In this document: piece by piece, positions 9,109 to 18,050 of the stretch
Numbering within the stretch: position 1 is the first letter of the stretch
Layout of the letters: each line of letters begins with the position of its first letter
From: Candidatus Borrarchaeum weybense
GTDB lineage: Archaea; Asgardarchaeota; Sifarchaeia; Borrarchaeales; Borrarchaeaceae
Assembly (NCBI GenBank): GCA_019057385.1
Contig: JAHQJS010000007.1
Coordinates: 448,001-512,000, forward strand
Direction: 5' to 3'
DNA length: 64,000 nucleotides
Made by a program: the position numbers and the translations under genes
Notes under the pieces: model-generated
Seen by the model: the letters and a program-made list of their open reading frames with translations, nothing else
What the model was told of the DNA's origin: nothing
Databases searched by the model: none

Positions 9109-10455
9109 TTATCTAATCATCAATTTTTCGAATTCTTCCATTTTATCTAACAAAGTAATCCGAAGTTCTTGTAGCATCGTTCTATACTCTCTAAGAGTAG
9201 AAACTAAATTCGCTTGGATATTTACAAGTGAAACTTGTTCTTCCTTTAGTGTTCTGAGTTTATCACCTAAATCTTTGGAAGAGTTCTCCAACATCTTCTT
9301 AACACCAACTAATGTACTTGAGTCTAATGAAGTACTTTGTGTTGGTAAAGCTGAAATAATCGTCTTTTTTGTATTGTCTATATCTAAAGATATTGCTTCT
9401 AGATTTTTTGTTAACCTATCAACATATGCAATTTTTAAGCTATCAATCGTTGAATGTAATGTTTTGAGACTTTCTTCGGAATCGCTACTTACTGTACTAA
9501 AGCTTTTTATTAATTGATCCAATGAATCATTTACTCGGCCTTCTAGAACCTCAAATCGACTTGAAAGTTCATCTCTTAATGTTTCAAATTTCCAGTGGAT
9601 CGTGTCATAAATCTCAGAGATCTTTTTACCTGATTCTAATTGATTTTCCTGGGCTTTATTAAAATCAGCTACTAATTCACTTAAGATAGTGTATGTTTTT
9701 TCGAATTCATCTAATTGACTTGAAAATTCTGCCGTATATGTGTCTCTCATATTTTGAATGTTTTGATTCGCTGACTTCAAGTTCTCAATAATTTTATCTC
9801 TTGATTCAGTAGATTCAATTATCATCTGTCTTAAATTCTCAAGAACAGTATCTTCTGTTGCTTTAAAGCGATTTAACATGCTGGTATCTAAATTTGACAC
9901 TTCTTTGGAAATCCTTTGGTCAAGTGCTACTAAATTTGCAGTTAGTTCTGTTTTGTCTATACCATATCCTTTAGTATGTTCTTCAAAGACTGTAGAAAGG
10001 TTTTCAGTCATAGAAATCATTTTTTCTAGTTGAGTGCCGGTGTTATTCCTAACATCATCAAGTTTAGCAACTAAATCTATCTTCAGCTTGTCAATCCCTT
10101 GAGAAGTCTCTTTCTTGATAAGCGAAATTTGGTTTTGAGTATCCTCATTATGAGAGCTCAATTCAGTAAATTGGGATTTCAATAATTCAACTGTTTGGCC
10201 AATCTTTTTTTCTAATTGATCAGTCTGACTTAGTATATCTTTACGAAGTCTGCCAGTTTTTACGGCGCGACTCTTATTATATTTCTCCATCGTTTTCATT
10301 ATTTCATTTAACGTCTTATTTATTTTATCAAGAGTTGTTCCGTTCTTACTAACATCTTTTTCTACCTTTTCTATCCGTTTAATGATATCAACCATTTTAC
10401 TTTCGATTAGGTCATCTTCGCCTTGTTTTTCTTTCGACGACAAGTATCTCACCAA
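9109..10455 (-). CDS. Long coiled-coil protein
   Basis: 448 aa rich in E/K/L/S with heptad periodicity, almost no Pro, no TM segment, no P-loop. An alternative TTG start at 10443 follows GGTGA. Confidence 0.8.
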   Translation of the reverse strand: MVRYLSSKEKQGEDDLIESKMVDIIKRIEKVEKDVSKNGTTLDKINKTLNEIMKTMEKYNKSRAVKTGRLRKDILSQTDQLEKKIGQTVELLKSQFTELSSHNEDTQNQISLIKKETSQGIDKLKIDLVAKLDDVRNNTGTQLEKMISMTENLSTVFEEHTKGYGIDKTELTANLVALDQRISKEVSNLDTSMLNRFKATEDTVLENLRQMIIESTESRDKIIENLKSANQNIQNMRDTYTAEFSSQLDEFEKTYTILSELVADFNKAQENQLESGKKISEIYDTIHWKFETLRDELSSRFEVLEGRVNDSLDQLIKSFSTVSSDSEESLKTLHSTIDSLKIAYVDRLTKNLEAISLDIDNTKKTIISALPTQSTSLDSSTLVGVKKMLENSSKDLGDKLRTLKEEQVSLVNIQANLVSTLREYRTMLQELRITLLDKMEEFEKLMIR

Positions 10456-10655
10456 TTCAAATTAAACTTAACTTTGAGTATTTTACTATAATTTTTTGTA
10501 TTCTATTTTGGATTTTTTGATAGAACAGAAATTCACATAACTATTTACTTGCTAAGATCTATTTCTACTGAGTCTAACCTTTAAAAACTAAATAGACAGA
10601 TCAATATAATATCCAATTCGTTAACTTGATGTAGAAATTTTTGTAGTTCCTATTT

Positions 10656-12125
10656 GTGATTATAATGAAACACAGTCGTATAATTTACAGGATATCTTGC
10701 CTATTTATTATCATTGGATTGATGCTATGTTCATGCACAGTCCATGCTGTGTTCTCAATAGATGGTTCGCAATCCAATTCTACATCGATAATTTCAAATG
10801 ACGTAAGCGATCACCCTAAAAGCTCCACAACTGTGTCATCAATTAAATTCTGTTCTTATGTTAAGGGAACTGGTAGTTATACAGAGGTTGACGATGCTAT
10901 CTTTACACCAAATGGTCGGTTGTTTATTTACTTTGAAATCTATGATGCTTTTCGACATCAAATTACAACTACTATTACTGTAACAGCCCCAGATGGTTCA
11001 ATCTATCTTGAGGAAACAGAAAAAGAAAGTCCACTTTTTTATACTTATGCAAAGTGGTGGGAAAAAGAAATTGATAGCTTTGACTTTAATGGGGAATATC
11101 GAGTACAAATTCAAGTTACTGACAGAACTAAAAACCAAAACTTCATTGAAACAGGATCCTTTTTTGTTCGTGATGCTGCACCTTTAATTGCAATAACTAT
11201 GGAAGATCTTCCTGTGCAAATGGGCATAGGTACTTATCAGAGAATAAAAGTTAATCTCTATAACTTGGATCCGAGCTTCGTTGGAACGTCTACTATAACT
11301 GTTCGTCTGTCAGGTTCTGCTTTTGGTTTTCCTGATGGCAATGCAAGAGCCATCACATTGGGACCCAATGAGCGCCGTGATATTTATTTCACTGTTATTC
11401 CAAATAGTTTTGGAATAAAAACCCTTCGTGTTGAAATTCTGTTTAAAGAAAATGTGATTTCATATGAGGATTACTCCATTTCAGTTACCGTTGGGTACAT
11501 ATATGCAATTCCAATTGCAGCTATTATTGGAATCATTTTAATCTTCTTCTTTAAAAGATCGAAGCCACAGATTCAAATTACTGAGATGAAAAGTAGTGTT
11601 ATCTCGTCTATAGACGAATCTGATGAACAAGATGTCATAAAAGATGACATTCTACCGAGAGATATTTCTAAAGAAATTACAGAACCTTCACCTACTGAAA
11701 CGATATTACTTAACAGAGAAATGCTCTCAAAGTCTCCTATAGATCATCAATATGAAGATTCTAATACAAAAAAATATTTTGAGTTAGATACAACAGCAAA
11801 GGACACACATAAGAAACTTGTTAAATCATTAATTAAGCATAAGAAGGAAGCAGAAGGTATCAAGCTCCCTAAAATAGAAAAAGAAATTCTGAAGAAAGAA
11901 ATTCTATGTGCAAATTGTGGTAATTTAATGCCTGAAGGTACGTCAATCTGTCCCGCATGCCAGTCGGATCAGATTTCATGCCCTATTTGCTTAAGACCTA
12001 TTATTTTTGGTGAGACGATAATCAAATGTTCTTATTGTGGAGTTTTTTCTCACGAAGATCATTACATTCAATGGGTAGCTACAAAAGGATATTGCCCTAA
12101 ATGTAAAACAAAAATAAGGGGTTAA
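10656..12125 (+). CDS. Single-pass membrane protein: signal peptide, Ig-like ectodomain, TM helix, cytoplasmic zinc ribbon plus RING-like domain (putative E3 ligase)
   Basis: Hydrophobic N-terminus; beta-rich CARDB-like ectodomain (ITLGPNERRDIYFTV); TM YIYAIPIAAIIGIILIFFF followed by KRSK; CANC..CPAC, then C-x2-C-x12-C-x2-C-x4-H-x2-H-x3-W-x6-C-P-x-C. Confidence 0.8.
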   Translation: MIIMKHSRIIYRISCLFIIIGLMLCSCTVHAVFSIDGSQSNSTSIISNDVSDHPKSSTTVSSIKFCSYVKGTGSYTEVDDAIFTPNGRLFIYFEIYDAFRHQITTTITVTAPDGSIYLEETEKESPLFYTYAKWWEKEIDSFDFNGEYRVQIQVTDRTKNQNFIETGSFFVRDAAPLIAITMEDLPVQMGIGTYQRIKVNLYNLDPSFVGTSTITVRLSGSAFGFPDGNARAITLGPNERRDIYFTVIPNSFGIKTLRVEILFKENVISYEDYSISVTVGYIYAIPIAAIIGIILIFFFKRSKPQIQITEMKSSVISSIDESDEQDVIKDDILPRDISKEITEPSPTETILLNREMLSKSPIDHQYEDSNTKKYFELDTTAKDTHKKLVKSLIKHKKEAEGIKLPKIEKEILKKEILCANCGNLMPEGTSICPACQSDQISCPICLRPIIFGETIIKCSYCGVFSHEDHYIQWVATKGYCPKCKTKIRG

Positions 12126-12144
12126 GATAGATTATTTCTTCATT

Positions 12145-15100
12145 CTAGTCGCTTTTAAAGAATGTTAGTTGCAAATGTTTTTCTTCTTTACTCCAAATAA
12201 ATGTTCCATCGATTTCTAGTCTCTGAAGTAGTACTAAGCGAAAAATCAACTTCAGTATGGATTCTCTTGAGAAATTATACTTACTAGTAAGTATTTCAAC
12301 TGTTGATTGTACACCGTTACAATTCAATTCTTTCAAAAGACTTTCAGTAGAGTTTACAACAGTGTTTAAGGCAGTTTTGTTAAGATTCAAACAATCACAA
12401 AGCGCAACAAAAGCTTCTTCAAATTTTTCTGCATCTATTAGAGCTCTTCCTTTTAATAGAGCTTTCTCAATTTCTCCAGAATACTCTTTAGAGATATTAA
12501 ATTTCAGAATGTCAAAATCTTTTAGGATTTCCTGTATACGAGCAGTTGTTTGCTGGGAATTTTTATAGAGATCTTTTAAGAAGAGTAATGCGTGTTCATC
12601 AATTTCTTCTTTACCATCCGCACTTTTTCTTTGATTAATGATCTCTTCATACTGTTCCTTCACAAGAGCATTTTCTAATTCAGAAAACAGTGACTCTTGA
12701 GCTTCTAATTGTGTTTCTAAATCAAGAGTTTGTGACAACGTAGGTGACTTTTCGATAAATCTTTTAATATACTCCACTGATTTTTGTATCGCTTTTATTG
12801 TCTCTTTTGCGTCCTTCTGAATCATAAGTCTTTTCTGTATTTCCTTGTAGCCCTCGACGAATTCTTTTTCGTCTTTTAACATTTCAAATTGTTTTGTCGC
12901 ATTATTATAGTATTTCTCAGCCTTTTGTATTGCGAAAATTGTAGCATAATCGCTCGCTAAATCTAAATTTTTAGAAATTTCATTGATCTGTGATAATATC
13001 TTTTCTTTCAAAGGATCATTAAGTGCAATTTTTGATAAGTATTCATCCTCAATTGCTTGGATTTCTTCAATCTCTTTGATTACTGAATCCATTAAGTTAT
13101 TTCTTTTCTCAGAAATGAGTTTAATTCTGTTTTCTAGATTTGTTAACCTTTTTTCTATTGATTTATAGCGTATGAGTTTCTCAATGACTGGTGAATAGTT
13201 TATTTGTTCAATATGTGTCTGTAAACTTAACAATTTATCTTGAAACAAATTCAACAACTGGCCTGGCAAATCTTTTTTTATTCTTTCAATTTCTTCAAGA
13301 AGCATAGTCTTTTTCGCTTCAGGTTGAACATCATGGTAATAAGGTCTCGGGATCTGTTCATCTCTAATTATTACTCCTTTTCCTTCCATGAGTTGAAGCA
13401 AATATGCTACGTTTGTAGAACGTGAAGGGACACAAAAGAAATTACGACTGAGTTCAGAGATGCCTAGCGCTCCTTCGCTTTCAGCTAATAGATTATAAAG
13501 CTTGTCTTCCCACACTGTGCTTGTTTTAAATCGAAACTTTTCATTAATGTTCTCCAAGAGACCCATTTGAACAAGGTTTTCAATCCATTGTTTGCATGCC
13601 TTCTTATCAACCGTTATTTTTTTGGCATCTTCTAATTCAAACAAATCAGTCAGAAAGTTATTTGCTAGTTTGCCAATTTCTTGGCCCATTTTTTTTCCAA
13701 TCCATAAGTTTGGAAGGATTAGACCAATCTTTTTCAAATCTTCAATCATTCTTGCAGAAGACATGGCAATTTTAAGACGATCCTCTAATTCTTGTACGAC
13801 TTCTTTCTTTACATCTGCTGTTAAGCCTTTACTATTAAGTTTCATTATATGATGAAATGTTTGATCATCTAGTTCTCTTACTAATAGCAAACGACTAATC
13901 GGAACTTCTCGATATGTTTTTCTGTATTGATCTGAAATAACCGGCCCTCTAGAAAGAATAAATGTGAAGTCTGATTTCCTTTCCGTCATAGCGTCAAGTA
14001 TTTTAAGTTTATTAAATTTTAAAGAAAGCATCGTTGATTTTATGCTTTCCTTTGAAAGATTAACACAAATCAATACCTTTGAGCTAATACTTGGATTCTC
14101 TTTTGTACTAAATTCGAGAGAGAACACTGCTTTGCTATCATCAAGAGTAGAAACTTTGCCAAAATTAACTGATCCAAATATAGTCTGGAAATAATTCTTA
14201 AAACTTGATATTGCAGCTTCAATAGATACTTCTGGTTCAAGTATGACTGAAGATTCATCCTTCTGGAGCTCTACAGTAGTTAATATTGGTTGTTTCTTTC
14301 TTTTTGATACTTCTTCAAATTTTATCCCACTTCGTATGAATTGACGTTTCACTACTCCTTCTGTTATCTCCTGAATCTTCTCTAAAGCGGCTTTGTAAAT
14401 TAGAATTTGACAAGCTTTGAGTACTCGTCTTGAGTTGCCTTTCAAACTCTCATGAATGAAATGAATTGCATCATCTGAAAATGGATAACATCCTTCAATT
14501 TCTGCAGTTCGTGTGCTTGATAAATAGGAAAGAATCAATTGTTGAGTATCATCTGCAGAAATAAGAGGCGGGACTTCTATATGATATAAGAACCGCTCAG
14601 GCAACGCTTTTTGAAATCTAGATACTGCATATTGCCAGGCTTGAGGAGAAACTGACAAAGTAATCATAAACGGAATGTGGTGAATTTCAGTTCCTTTGTG
14701 ATAGATGCGCCCTATATTATCCAAGAACTCACGAAAGTCGTGTAATCGTGCCTCACGCTTCTCTAACCCTATAACAAGCAGTTCTTGTTCAACTTCATCA
14801 AATGCTAAATGAATGAAGTTATATTTTAGACGCTCGACTAGATTCTTACCAACTAAATTCAGAATCATTGTTTTTCTAAGAAGTTCGTTATTAATATTAG
14901 AAATAAAGCCTGATTTTGTTACTTCTTTGATTATTTTTTCAGTGATTTCTTTATCCGAGGGGTCTACAATATTTGGTAAGTTTTCTAAAATTTGAGTTAG
15001 CTGATCTTTGAAAGATCCTTTAAATACATGCCGTAGTCCAAGTCCTTTGATTTCAGCAGGAAAACCCTCAGCATCGTAGTTTAAATTGCCTTCTCGTAAT

Positions 15101-15321
15101 TCTTGATTAAATTTCATTAGTAATGTTGTCTTACCAACACCAAAATCTCCATGAAGTGCTAAGGCTCCTGGTTTTCCATGTAAAGAAACATTTATTGCAA
15201 GATCCTTTAAAGCAGACATTGCCCCTTTTTGGGCTGTCGTCAAAGTAAAAATATTTGATAATCCACTGGGAAGAATAGGAAAAGGATTTTCATTTAGATA
15301 AAATATTTTGTAGGGATTAAT
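12145..15321 (-). CDS. Large AAA+/ExeA-like P-loop ATPase with winged-helix and coiled-coil regions
   Basis: Walker A GDFGVGKT, Walker B HLAFDEVE, Arg-finger-like ALPERF, lid YPFSDDAI..GNSRRVLKAC, wHTH-like GISELSRNF..YLLQLMEGKGVI, long C-terminal coiled coil. The ORF track starts at TTG 15243, but the frame is open to ATT 15321 (INPYKIFYLNENPFP) with a GGGGGG SD. Confidence 0.8.
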   Translation of the reverse strand: MNPYKIFYLNENPFPILPSGLSNIFTLTTAQKGAMSALKDLAINVSLHGKPGALALHGDFGVGKTTLLMKFNQELREGNLNYDAEGFPAEIKGLGLRHVFKGSFKDQLTQILENLPNIVDPSDKEITEKIIKEVTKSGFISNINNELLRKTMILNLVGKNLVERLKYNFIHLAFDEVEQELLVIGLEKREARLHDFREFLDNIGRIYHKGTEIHHIPFMITLSVSPQAWQYAVSRFQKALPERFLYHIEVPPLISADDTQQLILSYLSSTRTAEIEGCYPFSDDAIHFIHESLKGNSRRVLKACQILIYKAALEKIQEITEGVVKRQFIRSGIKFEEVSKRKKQPILTTVELQKDESSVILEPEVSIEAAISSFKNYFQTIFGSVNFGKVSTLDDSKAVFSLEFSTKENPSISSKVLICVNLSKESIKSTMLSLKFNKLKILDAMTERKSDFTFILSRGPVISDQYRKTYREVPISRLLLVRELDDQTFHHIMKLNSKGLTADVKKEVVQELEDRLKIAMSSARMIEDLKKIGLILPNLWIGKKMGQEIGKLANNFLTDLFELEDAKKITVDKKACKQWIENLVQMGLLENINEKFRFKTSTVWEDKLYNLLAESEGALGISELSRNFFCVPSRSTNVAYLLQLMEGKGVIIRDEQIPRPYYHDVQPEAKKTMLLEEIERIKKDLPGQLLNLFQDKLLSLQTHIEQINYSPVIEKLIRYKSIEKRLTNLENRIKLISEKRNNLMDSVIKEIEEIQAIEDEYLSKIALNDPLKEKILSQINEISKNLDLASDYATIFAIQKAEKYYNNATKQFEMLKDEKEFVEGYKEIQKRLMIQKDAKETIKAIQKSVEYIKRFIEKSPTLSQTLDLETQLEAQESLFSELENALVKEQYEEIINQRKSADGKEEIDEHALLFLKDLYKNSQQTTARIQEILKDFDILKFNISKEYSGEIEKALLKGRALIDAEKFEEAFVALCDCLNLNKTALNTVVNSTESLLKELNCNGVQSTVEILTSKYNFSRESILKLIFRLVLLQRLEIDGTFIWSKEEKHLQLTFFKSD

Positions 15322-15636
15322 GAATTGACCCCCCGTAATTTTTTAACAATTACCCGTCTTTACGTTTGTCAAGGTATTATCTAAGTATATCGCGTATCAA
15401 TATAATCAATATCCCCATAGTATTATAATCTTACGATTTTCGTAAGGACTTCTAAATACTGAATTTAGAAAATCGCTAATTTTTCTGCACCAAAATAAAA
15501 ATTTCTTATAATCTACTAAAAATCAATCTTGTTTTGATTTTGTATTTTGATCTTACCTTAATTCCAAAGTTGTGTTAGCTTAACTCGGCTTTTTCTTAGA
15601 AATAGCTCAGTTTTTTGATTTAATTCTTCGTGAAAT

Positions 15637-16218
15637 TTATCTATCAATCATCAGCGAGTCTCTCACTTTACTTTCCCTAATTTTAGCTTTATTCTTTTGT
15701 GCTTGTTCTACTAGCATATTATTTAGTGTTCTAAAAATAAATTCTACATTTTCCCCTGTTTTTGCTGATGCTTCGAAAAATGGACAGTCTATTTCCTTTG
15801 CTATCTTTTCTCCTTCTTTCGAAGAAATTATCCTTGCTTCCTCTAAATCCGATTTATTTCCAACCAGTATGATAGGTATCCCTGCGCTGTGCTTTTTCAC
15901 TTCTTGATACCATTTTTTGACATTCTTGAATGATCCCTCATTTGTAATATCATAGACTATTAACGCACCTCGAGCTCCTTGAAAATAATGAGAACGTATA
16001 TTTGTAAAACGTTCTTGTCCCCCAGTATCCCAAATAAATAACCTCGTCTGGATATCTTCAATAGTGTACCTCTTGATCCTAAAATCAACTCCGATTGTAA
16101 CTTTATAATTTTCAACAAAGACTTTTGTAGTACATCTTAAACTAAGTGCAGTTTTTCCAACGCTTCCATCGCCTACAATGATTACTTTGAAAATATAGCT
16201 CATCGGATACTTTTCCAC
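15637..16218 (-). CDS. Rab-like small GTPase (Ras superfamily)
   Basis: G1 GDGSVGKT, G2 TIGVDF, G3 WDTGGQE, G4 NKSD, G5 SAK; RabF-like IGVDF, RLFIW, RFTNIR, YFQGA, IVYDIT; no C-terminal Cys. Confidence 0.95.
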   Translation of the reverse strand: MEKYPMSYIFKVIIVGDGSVGKTALSLRCTTKVFVENYKVTIGVDFRIKRYTIEDIQTRLFIWDTGGQERFTNIRSHYFQGARGALIVYDITNEGSFKNVKKWYQEVKKHSAGIPIILVGNKSDLEEARIISSKEGEKIAKEIDCPFFEASAKTGENVEFIFRTLNNMLVEQAQKNKAKIRESKVRDSLMIDR

Positions 16219-16301
16219 CAGTAACTTGTGTCTCTTGCCCCTCTTTTGTTAATTTGTTTCAAAAGAATTTTTGTATTTATGAATTATCCTGTTAATTTCA
16301 C

Positions 16302-18014
16302 CTACATTAAACTTGTGATATGTTCTATTTTATTCTTAATATCAATTAACCATGAAAACTTAGAACGAAGAAATTTAGAAAAAACTGTTTCTAGAAACTG
16401 TGGTTGGGTGAAAGGTGACTCAATATTATTTAAGAAATGGTACCATTGTTCTGCTATACTTAGAGCGTCCATGTTTACGAGATAATCTATTATTGAAGGA
16501 TATATTCTAAAAGATCTTGCAGAATTATTCAAAACTGTTATTTTATGTTCAGTCTGCTGTATTTTGGTTTTTAATTTCTTCTCATTATTACTAATTTCTC
16601 TTAAATTAGAAATAATTTGATTTCTAATTGACTCATTTTCTGATTTACCTAGGTCATTTTTCAAAGAAGACTTTTTACTTTCCCAAGATTCAATTTGATG
16701 ATTTAATTCTTCTACTTCACGAATTATCTGAGTATTTAATTCATCATACTTGAGTAAAAATTGATTGTAGGAATTTAGTTTGAGAACTCTATGAATTTGA
16801 TTGTAAGCATTAAATTGCAAAACTCCAGTGTAATAATCTTTGTTAAACCATGTAAAAATAGGTGGAAACCGAAAATCAATAATCTCTGCAATCTTTTCTG
16901 CTATTGACGTATAAAGAGACCCTGCTTGACCTCCAGCGTAAAAGGAGACACCAAGTCCATCGAAAGTTATGTAGTGTCGGGGTATTGCTCTTGGACTGAT
17001 TCTTTTAGCAATTCCACTTAAATTGGGGTTTTCTTGGTTCTCAAAGTCATAACTATATAATGTCTTACATGAAAGACATTTTTCCTCTAATTGATTTCCT
17101 CTTTGTTGAAGGGGAACTTTTCCTTCACATGATTTACAATGATACCAAAAAGGAGCATAATCTTTCAGGATTTTATCTAGATTATATTGATCAGCAAAGC
17201 GATTGTAAAGTGTTATATAGTCAGTACTACAGGACAAGAGACGACTAAATGATTCTTCAAAGGCGCTTAACCCATCTGAGTATTTAAAGAAAACTATTGA
17301 GCAATTCATTAAATCATTAATGATTTTTGAGAGAATAATCGCATTCATATCCGCGAAATTTTCTGCATTTTGATAAGCTTCTTCTAAAAGATCTACAAGA
17401 TCACCCCATTTCTTTTGGAAGGGTATCTCAATGTTTTGTTTAAAATCTGAAATGTTCTGACTGGAAAATTCCCGTTCCAGTTCTCTAAGGCAAGTTTCAT
17501 AATGAGTCTGAATATACTTAACAATATTTTCCCAGGTCTCTTGAGAGGGTTTTTGGATTGCGTACATGCATTTTTTTCTGTCTTTTTTTGCTATTTTTAA
17601 ACCTACCTTTAAGTAGCCACTCTTAGAAAGATGCGGAAAGCGATTGGACGCAAACCACTCATCATCGGCAAAATCAGTATCTACTACACTAAAAAGGCAT
17701 ACAACTGAATGTCCCTGCTTCTCTAAATGTTGTGCAATATGTTCAAGCAATATTGTTTTCTTAAAAATTCCACTATAAGGCAAAAAGTTGGGCTGATGAG
17801 CAGTTTCGAGTAAAATCGTATTTTTTTTAACAAGTTTCTTAAGGACGTCTTGGAGAGAATTTTGTAGTGTTCTTGTGTTCTGATGAAATTTCGCAATGTG
17901 TCTTGTAAGTTCTTTGCTTACATTTACATTCTTTATTGTTCGAGGGTTTTGTTCGGAAAACTCAATTATCTTTGAGACTAATTTGTTCAGAAACTCTGTC
18001 ATACAACTCCTCAT
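16302..18014 (-). CDS. BshC-like putative amino-acid ligase with a CxxC..CxxC insert and coiled coil
   Basis: LLETAHQPNFLPY..KKT..VVCLFSVVDTDF and ISPRAIPR..FYAGGQAGSLY resemble BshC motifs (VTGQQ..K..VPVFW..EDHD; SPNV..RP..GPGE.AY). C-terminal coiled coil. Likely start is ATG 18002 after GAGGAG. Confidence 0.6.
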   Translation of the reverse strand: MRSCMTEFLNKLVSKIIEFSEQNPRTIKNVNVSKELTRHIAKFHQNTRTLQNSLQDVLKKLVKKNTILLETAHQPNFLPYSGIFKKTILLEHIAQHLEKQGHSVVCLFSVVDTDFADDEWFASNRFPHLSKSGYLKVGLKIAKKDRKKCMYAIQKPSQETWENIVKYIQTHYETCLRELEREFSSQNISDFKQNIEIPFQKKWGDLVDLLEEAYQNAENFADMNAIILSKIINDLMNCSIVFFKYSDGLSAFEESFSRLLSCSTDYITLYNRFADQYNLDKILKDYAPFWYHCKSCEGKVPLQQRGNQLEEKCLSCKTLYSYDFENQENPNLSGIAKRISPRAIPRHYITFDGLGVSFYAGGQAGSLYTSIAEKIAEIIDFRFPPIFTWFNKDYYTGVLQFNAYNQIHRVLKLNSYNQFLLKYDELNTQIIREVEELNHQIESWESKKSSLKNDLGKSENESIRNQIISNLREISNNEKKLKTKIQQTEHKITVLNNSARSFRIYPSIIDYLVNMDALSIAEQWYHFLNNIESPFTQPQFLETVFSKFLRSKFSWLIDIKNKIEHITSLM

Positions 18015-18023
18015 ATATTTTTA

Positions 18024-18049
18024 CGTGAAATAAATTAAATCATTTCACG
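18024..18049. promoter_or_regulatory. Intercistronic inverted repeat (hairpin or operator)
   Basis: Perfect 8-bp inverted repeat CGTGAAAT-N10-ATTTCACG in the gap between the dehydrogenase and the BshC-like gene. Confidence 0.4.
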
Positions 18050-18050
18050 A

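Noticed and set aside
12145-15321. SMC/Rad50 or dynamin assignment for the ATPase
   Set aside because: Walker A and B are both in the N-terminal domain with an AAA+ lid; there is no ABC signature or GTPase G3/G4 motif.
15637-16218. Eukaryotic contamination as the source of the Rab-like gene
   Set aside because: No introns, no prenylation motif, similar composition to the flanks and tight prokaryotic gene packing.
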